A program made the translations under genes and the position numbers. Shown in pieces: positions 53,313 through 64,000 of a DNA stretch of 64,000 nucleotides. The stretch is taken from assembly GCA_003280995.1 (NCBI GenBank), contig QCDG01000007.1, forward strand, positions 25,026 to 89,025. Direction: 5' to 3'. The notes beneath the pieces are model-generated. The model was given only the letters and a program-made list of their open reading frames with translations, ran no database searches and was not told the origin of the DNA. This stretch comes from Prochlorococcus sp. AG-355-A09. Its GTDB lineage: Bacteria; Cyanobacteriota; Cyanobacteriia; PCC-6307; Cyanobiaceae. Positions within the stretch are counted from its first letter, which is position 1. Each line of letters starts with the position of its first letter.

Positions 53313-54903
53313 GGTTCAAAGAGGAATTTAGAAGCGATTTTGTATACGTGTTTTGAGTTTTAGTGAATATTGTGGAACTTTCTCCTTCATCAACTATCTT
53401 TCCGTGATTCATAACTAGCAACCTATCACAAAATCTTTTAGCAATGCCCAAATCATGAGTAATAAAGATAATCGTTAAATTCATTTTTTCTTGCAAGACT
53501 CTAAGTAATTCAAGAATCTCTATTTTTACTGAAGCATCCAACATATTAACGCTCTCATCACAAATCAAAATTTTTGGTTTCAACAATAGCGCTCTGGCTA
53601 ATGAAATTCTTTGCAATTGACCACCAGATAATTGGCTAGGATAAGAATTAAAAAAATCATTATTTAGGGGAAGATTCAAATTTCTAAACATTAATTTTAT
53701 TTCTTTTTCGATTTTTCTTTTATCTGAAATTTTTTGAATAAAAAATATATCTTCCAAAATACTTTTAATTGTCATTTTCGGGTTCAAACTTGAAAAAGGA
53801 TCTTGAAAAATAATTTGCACTTTATTATTCTTTTTAAAAGATTTATTTTTTTTCGATGCATGATTTTTATCATAAATTTTGATTTCACCACCTCTTACTT
53901 TAAGAAGTCCAATTAAAGCCCTACATAATGTACTTTTACCACTCCCTGAAGAACCAACTATTCCAAGAGTCTCATTCTCATATAACTTGAAACTAACTTC
54001 ATTTAAAGCCTTATTCCATTTATTGATGAAAATTGAAGAATTTAATTTATACCAATGTCTTAGGTTATTTACCTCTAGAACAACCTGATCTCGAGCATTA
54101 TTTTTAGTATTTGGTTCTAATACTATTTTTGAAGCATTTACTAACTTTTTCCCGATATCTGAATTTGGTGATTGAAAAATATCTAATATATTCCCTTTTT
54201 CAACAATCGATCCATCTTCGATTATTGCAACTTTTTTACACCACTTTGCTGCAAGATTAATATCATGACTAATTAAAATTAAAGTTGTATCAAATTCATT
54301 ACATAGATGAATTATTTCTTGCATAATTTCAAAACTTGTTTTGGTATCTAAGCTTGTTGTAGGTTCATCAGCTATTAATAATTTAGGTTTCAAAGCAAGT
54401 GCCATTGCTATAGAAACTCTCTGTCTCATTCCGCCGCTAAATTGATGTGGGAAAGAATCAAGTCTACTTTCTTCAATTCCGACTTTTTGAAAAACTTCTC
54501 TTACTAATTTTTTAATAGCTAAAGATGATTTAGTTTGATCATGTGTTTTAAATAATTCATATAAATGATCCCCAACTCTCATTAGCGGATTAAGTTTTTT
54601 TATAGAGTCTTGATAAATAAATCCAAAATTCTTTCTTCTAAATAATTGTGAATCTTTGTTGTTTATTTTCCTAGGATCTACATTAGAAATCGATAGATAC
54701 CCTTTAGAAGTGGCCTTTGCAGGCAATATATTTACTAATGTTTTTGCAAAAGTGGTCTTTCCACATCCAGAAGGTCCTATTATGGCCAAATGATCTCCAC
54801 TATCTATTTCCAAATTAAAATTTTTGATAATAGGTTGCTGTTTTAGACCATATTTAACAGTGAGATTTTTAACTACAATAATTTTTTCTTTATTTTTTTC
54901 CAT
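53305..54903 (-). CDS. Peptide/nickel-type ABC transporter ATP-binding protein (two fused NBDs)
   Basis: GPSGCGKT/FSGGMRQR and GSSGSGKS/LSGGQLQR. Confidence 0.92.
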   Translation of the reverse strand: MEKNKEKIIVVKNLTVKYGLKQQPIIKNFNLEIDSGDHLAIIGPSGCGKTTFAKTLVNILPAKATSKGYLSISNVDPRKINNKDSQLFRRKNFGFIYQDSIKKLNPLMRVGDHLYELFKTHDQTKSSLAIKKLVREVFQKVGIEESRLDSFPHQFSGGMRQRVSIAMALALKPKLLIADEPTTSLDTKTSFEIMQEIIHLCNEFDTTLILISHDINLAAKWCKKVAIIEDGSIVEKGNILDIFQSPNSDIGKKLVNASKIVLEPNTKNNARDQVVLEVNNLRHWYKLNSSIFINKWNKALNEVSFKLYENETLGIVGSSGSGKSTLCRALIGLLKVRGGEIKIYDKNHASKKNKSFKKNNKVQIIFQDPFSSLNPKMTIKSILEDIFFIQKISDKRKIEKEIKLMFRNLNLPLNNDFFNSYPSQLSGGQLQRISLARALLLKPKILICDESVNMLDASVKIEILELLRVLQEKMNLTIIFITHDLGIAKRFCDRLLVMNHGKIVDEGESSTIFTKTQNTYTKSLLNSSLNLI

Positions 54904-54957
54904 GATTTATAGCAAATTTTTCTAGACATAAATAAAATACATCTAAAGCAATATAAA

Positions 54958-57267
54958 ATGTCTGAGGCAACTGCAAATTCAAAAGAAAAAAACGAAATTG
55001 AAGTTTCCAAAACTATTTTGCCTGAAAATAAAAAATATGAAAGTGAATCTTTGAATTATCAAATAAACATTCCCGATTGGCTTCTTAAAGATATTCATAT
55101 TTTTGAAAAATCAAATAAAGAAAATGATGAGAATCAAAATCTTATAGTTAAGGCTTTTAAACTTGCTTATAAAGCTCATGATGGACAATTCCGTGCGAGC
55201 GGCGAGCCATACATTATCCACCCAGTTGCTGTTGCAAATCTCCTTAAAGAAATAGGTGCTAGTTCATCTGTTATTGCTGCAGGCCTTTTACATGATGTAG
55301 TTGAAGATACTGGCATTGATTTATCTGAAATAGAAACAAATTTTGGATTAGAAGTAAAAATACTTGTAGAGGGTGTAACAAAATTAGGCGGCATTCACTT
55401 TAACAACAGGACTGAAGCACAAGCTGAAAATCTTAGGAAAATGTTTTTGGCTATGGCCAGCGATATCAGAGTTGTCTTAGTTAAACTTGCAGATCGACTT
55501 CATAACATGAGAACAATTGAATGGCTAAATGATGAGAAAAAGCTAAGAATAGCGAGAGAAACAAGAGAGATTTATGCACCATTAGCTAATCGACTAGGAA
55601 TAAACAGATTTAAATGGGAATTAGAAGATTTAGCTTTTAAATTCCTAGAGCCTAAAGAATATCTAGATCTTAAAGATCAAATCGCCGTTAAAAGAAGTGA
55701 TAGAGAAAAAAGATTAAAAGTAACTTTGAATCTTATGAAGGAAAACTTGAATTCAGCGGGTTTGAAAAATTTTGAAATAACAGGAAGGCCAAAACATCTT
55801 TATGGCATCTGGAGCAAAATGGAAAGACAACAAAAGCATTTTCACGAGATTTACGATGTTGCTGCCCTAAGAATTATCGTGGACAATTCAGATAGTTGTT
55901 ATAGAGCTTTAGCAGTTGTTCATGATACTTTCAAACCAATTCCAGGAAGATTTAAAGACTATATAGGATTACCAAAACCCAATGGATATCAGTCCTTACA
56001 CACTTCTGTGATTGGAAGACATCGACCTATTGAAGTTCAAATTAGAACTACTTCTATGCATCAAATTGCTGAATATGGTATTGCCGCTCATTGGCAATAT
56101 AAAGAGGGTGGTTCTCCTGCTAAAAGTAATGCCGAGAGATTTAATTGGCTAAGACAATTAGTAGAATGGCAACAAGAAGGTAATGAAAGGGATCATAATG
56201 ATTATTTAGCTTCAATTAAAGAAGATTTATTTGATGAAGAAGTATTTGTAATAACTCCAAAAGGAGATGTTGTTGGTTTAAGGAAAGGATCTACCGCGAT
56301 AGATTTCGCCTACAGAATCCATTCTGAAGTTGGAAATCACTGTAATGGAATAAGAATTAATGAAAAGCTTTCTCCATTATCTACACCACTTCAAAATGGT
56401 GACTTCATAGAAATTTTGACAAGTAATAATGCTACTCCAAGCTTGGATTGGCTGAACTTTGTAGTTACGCCAACTGCTAAAAATAGAATTCGCCAATGGT
56501 ATAAGAAAAGCCATCGTGATGAAACGATTAAAAGAGGTAGAGATTTACTTGAAAAAGAAGTAGGTAGAAACGGTTTTGAAGCATTACTTTCTAGTGAAGC
56601 CATGAAAAAAGTTGCAAATCGATGCAATTTAAAAACTACTGAAGACCTTCTTGCATCTCTTGGTTTTGGTGGTTTAACTTTGCATCAAGTATTAAACAGA
56701 CTAAGAGAAGAAATAAAATTACAGACAGAAGATGTTAAAAATGATTCTGACTCTGAAATAGCAAAATCTCTTAAAAGTAATAATAATTTATCCACTAATC
56801 AATCTAGTACAGCAGCTAAATCACCAATTTCCGGGATAGAAGGTCTTGATTACAGAATAGGTAAATGCTGTTCCCCACTCCCAGGCGAGGATATTATCGG
56901 AACTGTGTCGCTCGGCAACCATGGGATAACTATACATAGGGAAGATTGTGAAAATGTAATACCAATTCCAATAGAGAGAAGATTACCTGTCGGTTGGAAT
57001 CAAGATAATAAAACTAGCGATAATAAGTTTCCAATTCAGCTACGAATAGAAGTAATTGATCGAGTTGGAGTTCTTAAAGATATTCTTATGCGGTTATCTG
57101 ATAAAGGTATAAACGTTAGTGATGCCAATGTTAAAACTGCTTATGGTAAGCCAGCTATTATAAATCTTTGTGTAGGTCTTGAAAGTTATAATCAACTTCA
57201 CAAAACAATTGAACAAATTAAATCAATGGCAGATGTTTTAGATATTGCCAGAGTTGGACAAAGTTAA
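54958..57267 (+). CDS. spoT: Bifunctional (p)ppGpp synthetase/hydrolase (Rel/SpoT)
   Basis: HD motif LLHDVVED, RPKH, PKPNGYQSLH, TGS and ACT domains. Confidence 0.96.
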   Translation: MSEATANSKEKNEIEVSKTILPENKKYESESLNYQINIPDWLLKDIHIFEKSNKENDENQNLIVKAFKLAYKAHDGQFRASGEPYIIHPVAVANLLKEIGASSSVIAAGLLHDVVEDTGIDLSEIETNFGLEVKILVEGVTKLGGIHFNNRTEAQAENLRKMFLAMASDIRVVLVKLADRLHNMRTIEWLNDEKKLRIARETREIYAPLANRLGINRFKWELEDLAFKFLEPKEYLDLKDQIAVKRSDREKRLKVTLNLMKENLNSAGLKNFEITGRPKHLYGIWSKMERQQKHFHEIYDVAALRIIVDNSDSCYRALAVVHDTFKPIPGRFKDYIGLPKPNGYQSLHTSVIGRHRPIEVQIRTTSMHQIAEYGIAAHWQYKEGGSPAKSNAERFNWLRQLVEWQQEGNERDHNDYLASIKEDLFDEEVFVITPKGDVVGLRKGSTAIDFAYRIHSEVGNHCNGIRINEKLSPLSTPLQNGDFIEILTSNNATPSLDWLNFVVTPTAKNRIRQWYKKSHRDETIKRGRDLLEKEVGRNGFEALLSSEAMKKVANRCNLKTTEDLLASLGFGGLTLHQVLNRLREEIKLQTEDVKNDSDSEIAKSLKSNNNLSTNQSSTAAKSPISGIEGLDYRIGKCCSPLPGEDIIGTVSLGNHGITIHREDCENVIPIPIERRLPVGWNQDNKTSDNKFPIQLRIEVIDRVGVLKDILMRLSDKGINVSDANVKTAYGKPAIINLCVGLESYNQLHKTIEQIKSMADVLDIARVGQS

Positions 57268-57285
57268 TTTTAAAATCAGATCAAT

Positions 57286-57729
57286 CTATCTTTTACTTTT
57301 TATCTTGTAGATAAAGAAAACAATACTGCCGCAAATCAAAGCTAATAAAATACCTACACAAGATGAACCTAAGAGTAATTTTAAGGAAAAAATTCTACCT
57401 TGTTTCCATAAGTCATCAATAACTAAACTTTTTTCAAGAATTTTATTAGAAGGATTATTTAAAAAAATCGAACCAACTTTATAGTTAAAATAATAAAGTG
57501 GAATATAAGTAAAAGGGTTGCTGATCCAGGTACCAATTGCAGCTAGAACAATATTTCCCTTAGCTATTTTCGCAAAAAATACTCCCATTAAAGTCTGAAA
57601 ACCAAAAAATGGAAAGCAACCACTAAATACCCCTATAGCTAAACCTTTAGCATTAAAGAAAGGACTTCCATTCTGACTCCTAAATAATGATAGAATTTTC
57701 TTATAGGTAATATCTCTTTTAAATCTCAT
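57286..57729 (-). CDS. DUF2062-type membrane protein
   Basis: GLAIGVF..FP and WISNPFT motifs. Confidence 0.8.
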   Translation of the reverse strand: MRFKRDITYKKILSLFRSQNGSPFFNAKGLAIGVFSGCFPFFGFQTLMGVFFAKIAKGNIVLAAIGTWISNPFTYIPLYYFNYKVGSIFLNNPSNKILEKSLVIDDLWKQGRIFSLKLLLGSSCVGILLALICGSIVFFIYKIKSKR

Positions 57730-57795
57730 TCAGAAAGAAAATTTCAAAATTAAATTCTTGATAATCTTACTTAATTATCCATAACAAAGCGAGAG

Positions 57796-59178
57796 ATGGA
57801 TTCGATAGTTACTACAGAAGATACGATAGCCGCAATTGCTTCAGCTATAAGTATTGGGAAGGGAGGAGTTGCGATAATAAGAGTATCAGGGAAAGACGCA
57901 ATAAATTCTTGCAAAAAGATTGTTCAAACTAAATCTAAATATGCATGGAAATCACACAGAGTTTTTCGTGGTTTTATTCAAGAAAATAAACAAAATAAAT
58001 TTATAGATGAGGTTTTAATTTTAGTGATGAAATCCCCAAATAGCTTCACAGGAGAGGATGTGGTTGAACTTCATTGCCATGGCGGAATTATCATAGTAAA
58101 CAAAGTTTTAAAGATATTATTATCTAATAATTCTAGAGTTAGACTTGCAAACCCAGGAGAATTTAGTCAAAGAGCTTTTCTTAATGGGAAAATAGACCTT
58201 ACTCAAGCTGAGTCGATTAATCAATTAATTAATTCAAGCAATACCAGATCAGCCGAGTTAGCCTTTAGCGGGGTTCAAGGAGAAATAAAGAAAAAAATTG
58301 ATGATATTAAAAATGACCTTATAAATCAACTTTGCGAAATAGAAGCGAGAGTTGATTTTGAAGAAGACTTCAAAGATTTTGATTACACCAAATATCTAAA
58401 AAACATTAAAAAAGTCAAAGAAAAAATAGAATTACTAATAGAAAATGCAAAAAGAAATTCATATATTCACAATGGCATATCCATTGCGCTTATAGGTAAA
58501 ACAAATGTTGGCAAAAGCTCTTTATTAAATTTGCTTGCAAAAAAAGAGAAAGCAATCGTAACTAATATTCCTGGAACAACTAGAGATGTTATTGAAGTTA
58601 ATTTAACTATTAATGATATTCCAATGAAAATAATTGATACTGCTGGCATAAGAGAAACTCATGAACAAATTGAAAGTATTGGAATTAAAAAAAGTTTTGG
58701 GAAAATAAAAGAGTCAGATTTTATAATTTATATTTATAGTCTTGAAGAAGGATTTAATGAAGAAGACAAAAAAATAATACAAGAAATTCCCAAAGAAAAA
58801 TTAATTACTATTTTGGGCAATAAAAAAGATTTAATTGATTGCAAAAATATTAATTCAAATGAGTTAAAAAACACAATTCTTATGAGTATTAAGAATAATG
58901 ATGGTGAAAGATTATTAATAGACACAATTATAAAAAAATGCGGATTAAAACAACTAGAAAATATCAATATATTTTTAAACGAAAGACATCTAACAAATTT
59001 GTCTGCTTGCTTATCTAATTTAAATGATACTGATGAAATAATTGAAAATAAATTGCCATTTGATTTGTTATCAATTGAGCTGAGAGATGGAATTCAAAAC
59101 TTATCTAAAATAACTGGTCAAGAATTAACAGAGGAACTTCTAGATAATATTTTTTCTAAGTTTTGTATTGGTAAATAA
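57796..59178 (+). CDS. mnmE: tRNA modification GTPase MnmE
   Basis: [34 protein letters not shown]. Confidence 0.98.
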   Translation: MDSIVTTEDTIAAIASAISIGKGGVAIIRVSGKDAINSCKKIVQTKSKYAWKSHRVFRGFIQENKQNKFIDEVLILVMKSPNSFTGEDVVELHCHGGIIIVNKVLKILLSNNSRVRLANPGEFSQRAFLNGKIDLTQAESINQLINSSNTRSAELAFSGVQGEIKKKIDDIKNDLINQLCEIEARVDFEEDFKDFDYTKYLKNIKKVKEKIELLIENAKRNSYIHNGISIALIGKTNVGKSSLLNLLAKKEKAIVTNIPGTTRDVIEVNLTINDIPMKIIDTAGIRETHEQIESIGIKKSFGKIKESDFIIYIYSLEEGFNEEDKKIIQEIPKEKLITILGNKKDLIDCKNINSNELKNTILMSIKNNDGERLLIDTIIKKCGLKQLENINIFLNERHLTNLSACLSNLNDTDEIIENKLPFDLLSIELRDGIQNLSKITGQELTEELLDNIFSKFCIGK

Positions 59179-59260
59179 ATTTGAGTTAAATTACATAGTG
59201 ATATATAGTTGATTCTCTAACTTCAGTTTAATTTTTATTAATTAATTATTTCTTAGTTTA

Positions 59261-60127
59261 GTGGATTTAAATACTCCAATAATAAGTAAAATCATTGATA
59301 ATTGGATCGATGAAGATATAGGTAGGGGAGATCTTACAAGTTCCTCTATTACAGAAGAGAATGGTAATGCATATTGGATTGCAAAAGAAGAGGGTATATT
59401 CTGCGGGGTTGAAATTATAAAAGAAATTTTTAGAAAAATTGATTTAAAAATCAGTCCAAAATTTAATATCTCTGATGGAGATCAATTTGTTAAAGATCAA
59501 AAACTCTTAGAAATATATGGGCCTTCAAAAAGTTTGCTAGCTAGTGAAAGAATAAGCTTAAATATAGCAATGCATTTATCTGGAATATCAACATACACAA
59601 AGAATCTCGTAAATAAGTTAGAAGGTACAAATATAAAATTAGCAGATACTAGGAAAACGACTCCTGGCTTAAGAATATTTGAAAAATATGCATTCAAATG
59701 CGGAGGTGGAGTCAATCATAGAATGGGATTATACGATGCAGCTATGATAAAAGAAAATCACATTGCATGGACAGATAATCTTAATAATGCAGTAAAAAAA
59801 ATTCGACTAAATTCGCCTTTTACAACTCATATCATAATTGAAGCTGAGAATATCGAACAGGCAAAAGAAGCAGTATTAGCAGGAGCAGATAGTGTCTTAT
59901 TGGATGAACTTAGCCCTGAAATAATCAAAAAAAACGTTCAAGAATTAAGAGATTTATCAATGAATAGCTTAAAAAAAGAAGTAAATAAAAATTTGATAAT
60001 AGAAGTTTCTGGAATTAACCCTGAAGAAATTAGTAAATATCTAATAAAAGGTATTGATTTGATTTCAACAAGTTCTTCAATCACCAAAAGTAATTGGATT
60101 GATTTGAGTATGCGTTATATTAATTAA
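59261..60127 (+). CDS. nadC: Nicotinate-nucleotide pyrophosphorylase (carboxylating)
   Basis: EDIGRGD, DTRKTTPG, NHRMGL, IKENH. Confidence 0.96.
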   Translation: MDLNTPIISKIIDNWIDEDIGRGDLTSSSITEENGNAYWIAKEEGIFCGVEIIKEIFRKIDLKISPKFNISDGDQFVKDQKLLEIYGPSKSLLASERISLNIAMHLSGISTYTKNLVNKLEGTNIKLADTRKTTPGLRIFEKYAFKCGGGVNHRMGLYDAAMIKENHIAWTDNLNNAVKKIRLNSPFTTHIIIEAENIEQAKEAVLAGADSVLLDELSPEIIKKNVQELRDLSMNSLKKEVNKNLIIEVSGINPEEISKYLIKGIDLISTSSSITKSNWIDLSMRYIN

Positions 60128-60154
60128 TTATATAGATAAATAATTGAATAATTA

Positions 60155-61969
60155 ATGCTAATCATTTTTAAAGAATTAACAAAACAATTTGAACAATCTC
60201 TTTTAGATAGTCTTGAAAAAAATGATAAAAAAGGAGAATTCGAAATTCTTCGAAAAAATATAATTACACAATCATCAAAAGAGGAATTTGGTCATTATCA
60301 ATGTAATGTTTGTTTAAGTTTATCTAAAATATATAAAAAGAACCCAAGAGATATTTCTAATGATTTTATTAACCTTTTAAATCAAAATATAAGCATATCA
60401 AAATTATGTAAGAGTCTAGAAATAGCTGGACCTGGATTTATAAATATAAAATTAAAAGATGAGGTTCTAATAAATGAAATAAAGTCAAATATTCAATGCA
60501 ATAGGGCTGGGATACCTCTAATTAGAAAAAATTTAGATAGTGGTTTGTCCAATAAAGTTATTGTAGATTTTTCTAGTCCTAATATTGCTAAAGAAATGCA
60601 TGTAGGGCATTTAAGATCAACAATAATAGGTGACTCAATATCTAGAATTTTCGAGTTAAGAGGTTATGAAGTATTAAGACTCAATCATGTAGGAGATTGG
60701 GGAACACAATTTGGCATGCTTATTACTCAGCTCAAAGATTTATATTCAAATGATCTAGAAGAAATAGGAAAGATCAAAATAAGTGATTTAGTTGAATTTT
60801 ATAAAGAATCAAAAAAAAGATTTGATAACGAATCTGAATTCCAAAAAAGATCTAGAGAGGAAGTAGTTAAGTTACAAAGTGGAGATATTAAATCGATTAA
60901 AGCTTGGAAATTATTATGTGATCAATCAAGGAAAGAATTTGATGAAATCTATAAAAATTTAAAAATAAAAATAGAAGAAAGAGGTGAATCTTTTTATAAT
61001 CCCTTCTTAAAATCAGTTATTGATGATTTGAATTTAGAAAAAATATTAGTAGAAGATCAAGGAGCAAAATGTGTATTTTTAGATGGGATGACTAATAAAG
61101 AAGGGAAACCTTTACCGCTAATTATTCAAAAAAAAGATGGGGGTTTTAATTATGCCACTACAGATCTTGCTGCTATAAGATACAGATTCAATAAACCTCC
61201 TAATGGCGATAATGCTTCAAGAATTATTTATGTAACTGATCATGGGCAAGCAAATCATTTTGCTGGAGTTTTTCAAGTTGCAAAAAAAGCAAAATGGATC
61301 CCAGCGAATTGTCAAGTAGACCATGTCCCTTTTGGGTTAGTTCAAGGAATTGATGGCAAAAAACTAAAGACAAGAGAAGGTGAAACAATACGCCTAAAAG
61401 ATTTATTAAATGAAGCAGTTAGAAGAGCAAAAGAAGATTTATTGAAAAGATTAGAAGATGAAGATCGTTATGAGACTGAAGAGTTTATAGCAAATACTTC
61501 AAGAATTATTGGATTAGGAGCTGTTAAGTATGCAGATTTAAGTCAAAATAGGATTACCAATTATCAATTTAGTTTTGATAAAATGCTTTCCCTAAATGGT
61601 AATACTGCTCCTTATTTGTTATATACACTTGTAAGAATTTTAGGAATTAAAAGAAAAAATAATTTTGTTTATGACTCTAAAGATTTTCAGTACATAAATT
61701 ATGAACATAAATCTGAGTGGAAACTTATCAGAAAATTACTTAAGTTCGATGAAGTCATAATTTCTATTGAAAAAGACTTAATGCCAAATAGATTATGCAA
61801 TTATCTGTTCGAGCTATGTCAGACTTTTAATAGATTCTATGATCAAGTTCCAATCCTCAAAGAAGAAAAAAATATAAAAATTTCTAGGCTTAATTTATGT
61901 GACCTAACTGCAAAAACACTAAAATTAAGCTTAGAGCTTTTAGGAATTGAAACTTTAGAAAGAATGTAA
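60155..61969 (+). CDS. argS: Arginine--tRNA ligase
   Basis: [33 protein letters not shown] end. Confidence 0.98.
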   Translation: MLIIFKELTKQFEQSLLDSLEKNDKKGEFEILRKNIITQSSKEEFGHYQCNVCLSLSKIYKKNPRDISNDFINLLNQNISISKLCKSLEIAGPGFINIKLKDEVLINEIKSNIQCNRAGIPLIRKNLDSGLSNKVIVDFSSPNIAKEMHVGHLRSTIIGDSISRIFELRGYEVLRLNHVGDWGTQFGMLITQLKDLYSNDLEEIGKIKISDLVEFYKESKKRFDNESEFQKRSREEVVKLQSGDIKSIKAWKLLCDQSRKEFDEIYKNLKIKIEERGESFYNPFLKSVIDDLNLEKILVEDQGAKCVFLDGMTNKEGKPLPLIIQKKDGGFNYATTDLAAIRYRFNKPPNGDNASRIIYVTDHGQANHFAGVFQVAKKAKWIPANCQVDHVPFGLVQGIDGKKLKTREGETIRLKDLLNEAVRRAKEDLLKRLEDEDRYETEEFIANTSRIIGLGAVKYADLSQNRITNYQFSFDKMLSLNGNTAPYLLYTLVRILGIKRKNNFVYDSKDFQYINYEHKSEWKLIRKLLKFDEVIISIEKDLMPNRLCNYLFELCQTFNRFYDQVPILKEEKNIKISRLNLCDLTAKTLKLSLELLGIETLERM

Positions 61970-63078
61970 TGAATGATTTTGATCCATTAAATAATCTTTT
62001 CCCAAAACCAAGAGAAGAAATAATAAATATGCAGTCTTACTCTGCACCTTTAGAAAATAGAAGAAATTTACTCCGCTTAGACTTTAATGAAAATACTCTA
62101 GGTCCAAGTCCTAAGGTTCTAGAGGCATTACAAGCGATAAAATTAGATGAGATTTCAATTTATCCAGAATATAATTTTTTAAAAAAATTTTTATGTGATA
62201 AATATCTTGATTCAAGAAAATTTGGTAATGATGAAATCGGAATTTTCAATGGAGCAGATGCAGCAATAAATGCAATTTTCAATTGCTTTGGAGAAAAAGA
62301 TCAAATATTTCTAACAACAAATCCAACTTTTGGTTACTATTCTCCTTGTGCAGAAATCCGAGGAATGAAAAAAATAAGTTGTTCTTACGTTGGAGAAAAT
62401 TTTCTATTTCCCATCGAAGAATTTAGGGAAAAAATAATAAAGCATAATCCAAAGTTAATATTTATTTGCAATCCAAATAATCCAACAGGAACTGTTCTAA
62501 GCTCTCATGAAATAATTAATTTAGCCAATATCAATAAAGATTCATTAATAGTTGTTGATGAACTATATGAAAAATTTAATGGAGATAGTCTTCTTGAATC
62601 GATAGATTTTAAAAAGAATAAAAATATACTAATAATCCAATCTCTTTCAAAAACTGCAGGTCTAGCTGGTTTAAGAATAGGTTTTACTTTTGGCAATAAA
62701 AATTTAATTCAGTACATTAATAAAGTTACAGGACCATATGATGTAAACAGCTTTGCTATAACAGCTGCATTAGCAGCACTTAAAGACAAATCATATATTG
62801 ATAATTATGTTTTAGAAGTAAAAAAGGCGAGGGAATGGATTTTAAATAAATTTAAATCAACAAAAATCAGAACTCACTTTAGTGGAGGTAATTATTTCTT
62901 AATTTGGCCCAAAAAAGATCCTAAAATCTTAATACAACAGATGAGAGAAAAAGGTATTCTTATTAGAAGTATGGAAAACAAAAAAGATATCGGTAATTCT
63001 ATAAGGGTTAGTATTGGAACTAAAGAACAAATGATTTTTTTCTGGGACAATTACAAGATATTAGATTTAAAAAATTAA
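61969..63078 (+). CDS. hisC: Histidinol-phosphate aminotransferase-like (class I/II PLP)
   Basis: RLDFNEN, NPNNPTG, SLSKTAGLAGLRIG, IRVSIG. Confidence 0.85.
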   Translation: MNDFDPLNNLFPKPREEIINMQSYSAPLENRRNLLRLDFNENTLGPSPKVLEALQAIKLDEISIYPEYNFLKKFLCDKYLDSRKFGNDEIGIFNGADAAINAIFNCFGEKDQIFLTTNPTFGYYSPCAEIRGMKKISCSYVGENFLFPIEEFREKIIKHNPKLIFICNPNNPTGTVLSSHEIINLANINKDSLIVVDELYEKFNGDSLLESIDFKKNKNILIIQSLSKTAGLAGLRIGFTFGNKNLIQYINKVTGPYDVNSFAITAALAALKDKSYIDNYVLEVKKAREWILNKFKSTKIRTHFSGGNYFLIWPKKDPKILIQQMREKGILIRSMENKKDIGNSIRVSIGTKEQMIFFWDNYKILDLKN

Positions 63079-63800
63079 TTACTGAAAATATAAATTGTAT
63101 TTTGATCGATTCTTTTAGGTTTTATTTGAAAATCTTTTCCAACATATTTTACTTTAAAATCTTTCATATTTTCGATAAATAAATCAGCATTTGAGAAATC
63201 ACATTCTTTATTAATTTTTTTGCCGCGTTCAAAGTGAACAGGAATAACTACATTAGGTTTTAGAAGCTTAACTATTTTTGAAGCTTCTTTACCATTGTAA
63301 GATTTTATTCCTCCTCCAATTGAAATAAACAATATATCTGGAGCAGACAAAATAATTTGACTGTTTATATCAATATCACCAGCAGCTCCTCCCATATGAA
63401 CAATTTTAAGGTCATTCTGCTCCCAACTCCAAACAGTTGCCATCCCAAATCTTCTTCCATCTACTCTGTCATGTGGTACAGAAATTCCATTTAATAAAAT
63501 ATCCTCAAATTGATAGATTCCTGGCTCAACGAACATTAATTGATCATTAGGGTTATATCCTTCATCTGGAAGCCTAGAACTAGCCAAAATAAAATCTACG
63601 TTGACTTCTTTTGGCTCTTTTAAATTACTTGCACAACCTATTGCTTTAAAGGGATTTATAAGAATAGATTTATCTGCATTAGTAATTAAAAAACTACTAT
63701 GTCCCAAACTTTTTATTCCTAAGTTCCTTGCCAATAATGAGGTAGGTAAAAAAGAGCTAACTAATATCAAAAATAAAAAGTTTTTAATTTGAGAAATCAT
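63075..63800 (-). CDS. MBL-fold metallo-hydrolase-like protein, exported
   Basis: Signal peptide, LGHSSFLI, VHMG, IPVH; HxHxDH replaced by SSRLPDE. Confidence 0.8.
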   Translation of the reverse strand: MISQIKNFLFLILVSSFLPTSLLARNLGIKSLGHSSFLITNADKSILINPFKAIGCASNLKEPKEVNVDFILASSRLPDEGYNPNDQLMFVEPGIYQFEDILLNGISVPHDRVDGRRFGMATVWSWEQNDLKIVHMGGAAGDIDINSQIILSAPDILFISIGGGIKSYNGKEASKIVKLLKPNVVIPVHFERGKKINKECDFSNADLFIENMKDFKVKYVGKDFQIKPKRIDQNTIYIFSN

Positions 63801-63819
63801 AATATTATTTTTTTTTATT

Positions 63820-64000
63820 TTACTTTTGTTCAGCCATTTTTAGAAAATTACTAATTAATTTATGACCAAATTGCGTCAACACACTTTCAGGATGGAACTG
63901 TACCCCATGTAAATGTTTATATTCTTTATGAGAGATAGCCATAATTGTTGAGTCTTCTAAAGTCGCAGTTATGTCGAAACAAGATGGTAAAGAACTTGAA
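63820..64000 (-). CDS. pabA: Anthranilate/aminodeoxychorismate synthase component II (3' end; runs off window)
   Basis: Manual translation ...IMAISHKEYKHLHGVQFHPESVLTQFGHKLISNFLKMAEQK*. Confidence 0.9.
   Translation of the reverse strand, partial: SSSLPSCFDITATLEDSTIMAISHKEYKHLHGVQFHPESVLTQFGHKLISNFLKMAEQK

Overview
AT-rich, gene-dense core-genome segment of a marine picocyanobacterium. Gene content, low GC, a 360-aa D1 and a marine-type CP12 point to high-light-adapted Prochlorococcus (inference). It runs from a partial DUF3084-type gene and ntcA through cobO-like/dcd/thyX, ileS, tRNA-Leu(UAG), crtR, pyrB, psbO, sat, ftsH, aroC, psbA, cp12, mutS2, hemB, bicA-sbtA-sbtB, eno, clpB, secE-nusG-rplKAJL, rnhA, pyrD, murG, pgk, relA/spoT, mnmE, nadC, argS and hisC to a partial pabA/trpG. 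I saw no integrase, transposase, prophage, CRISPR array or genomic island, and I cannot claim a confirmed novel system. Best leads: (1) tandem NrdR-box-like sites ahead of an operon joining a P-loop-less CobO-like protein to dcd and thyX; (2) an eda gene broken by both a frameshift and a nonsense codon; (3) a 42-aa ORF divergent from psbA that the ORF track misses; (4) a thioredoxin reductase lacking NADPH motifs next to bicA-sbtA-sbtB; (5) a perfect NtcA box upstream of pgk; (6) a 24-bp direct repeat bracketing cp12; (7) crtR and mpg lacking canonical start codons. All protein calls come from motif recognition by eye; no database searches were run.
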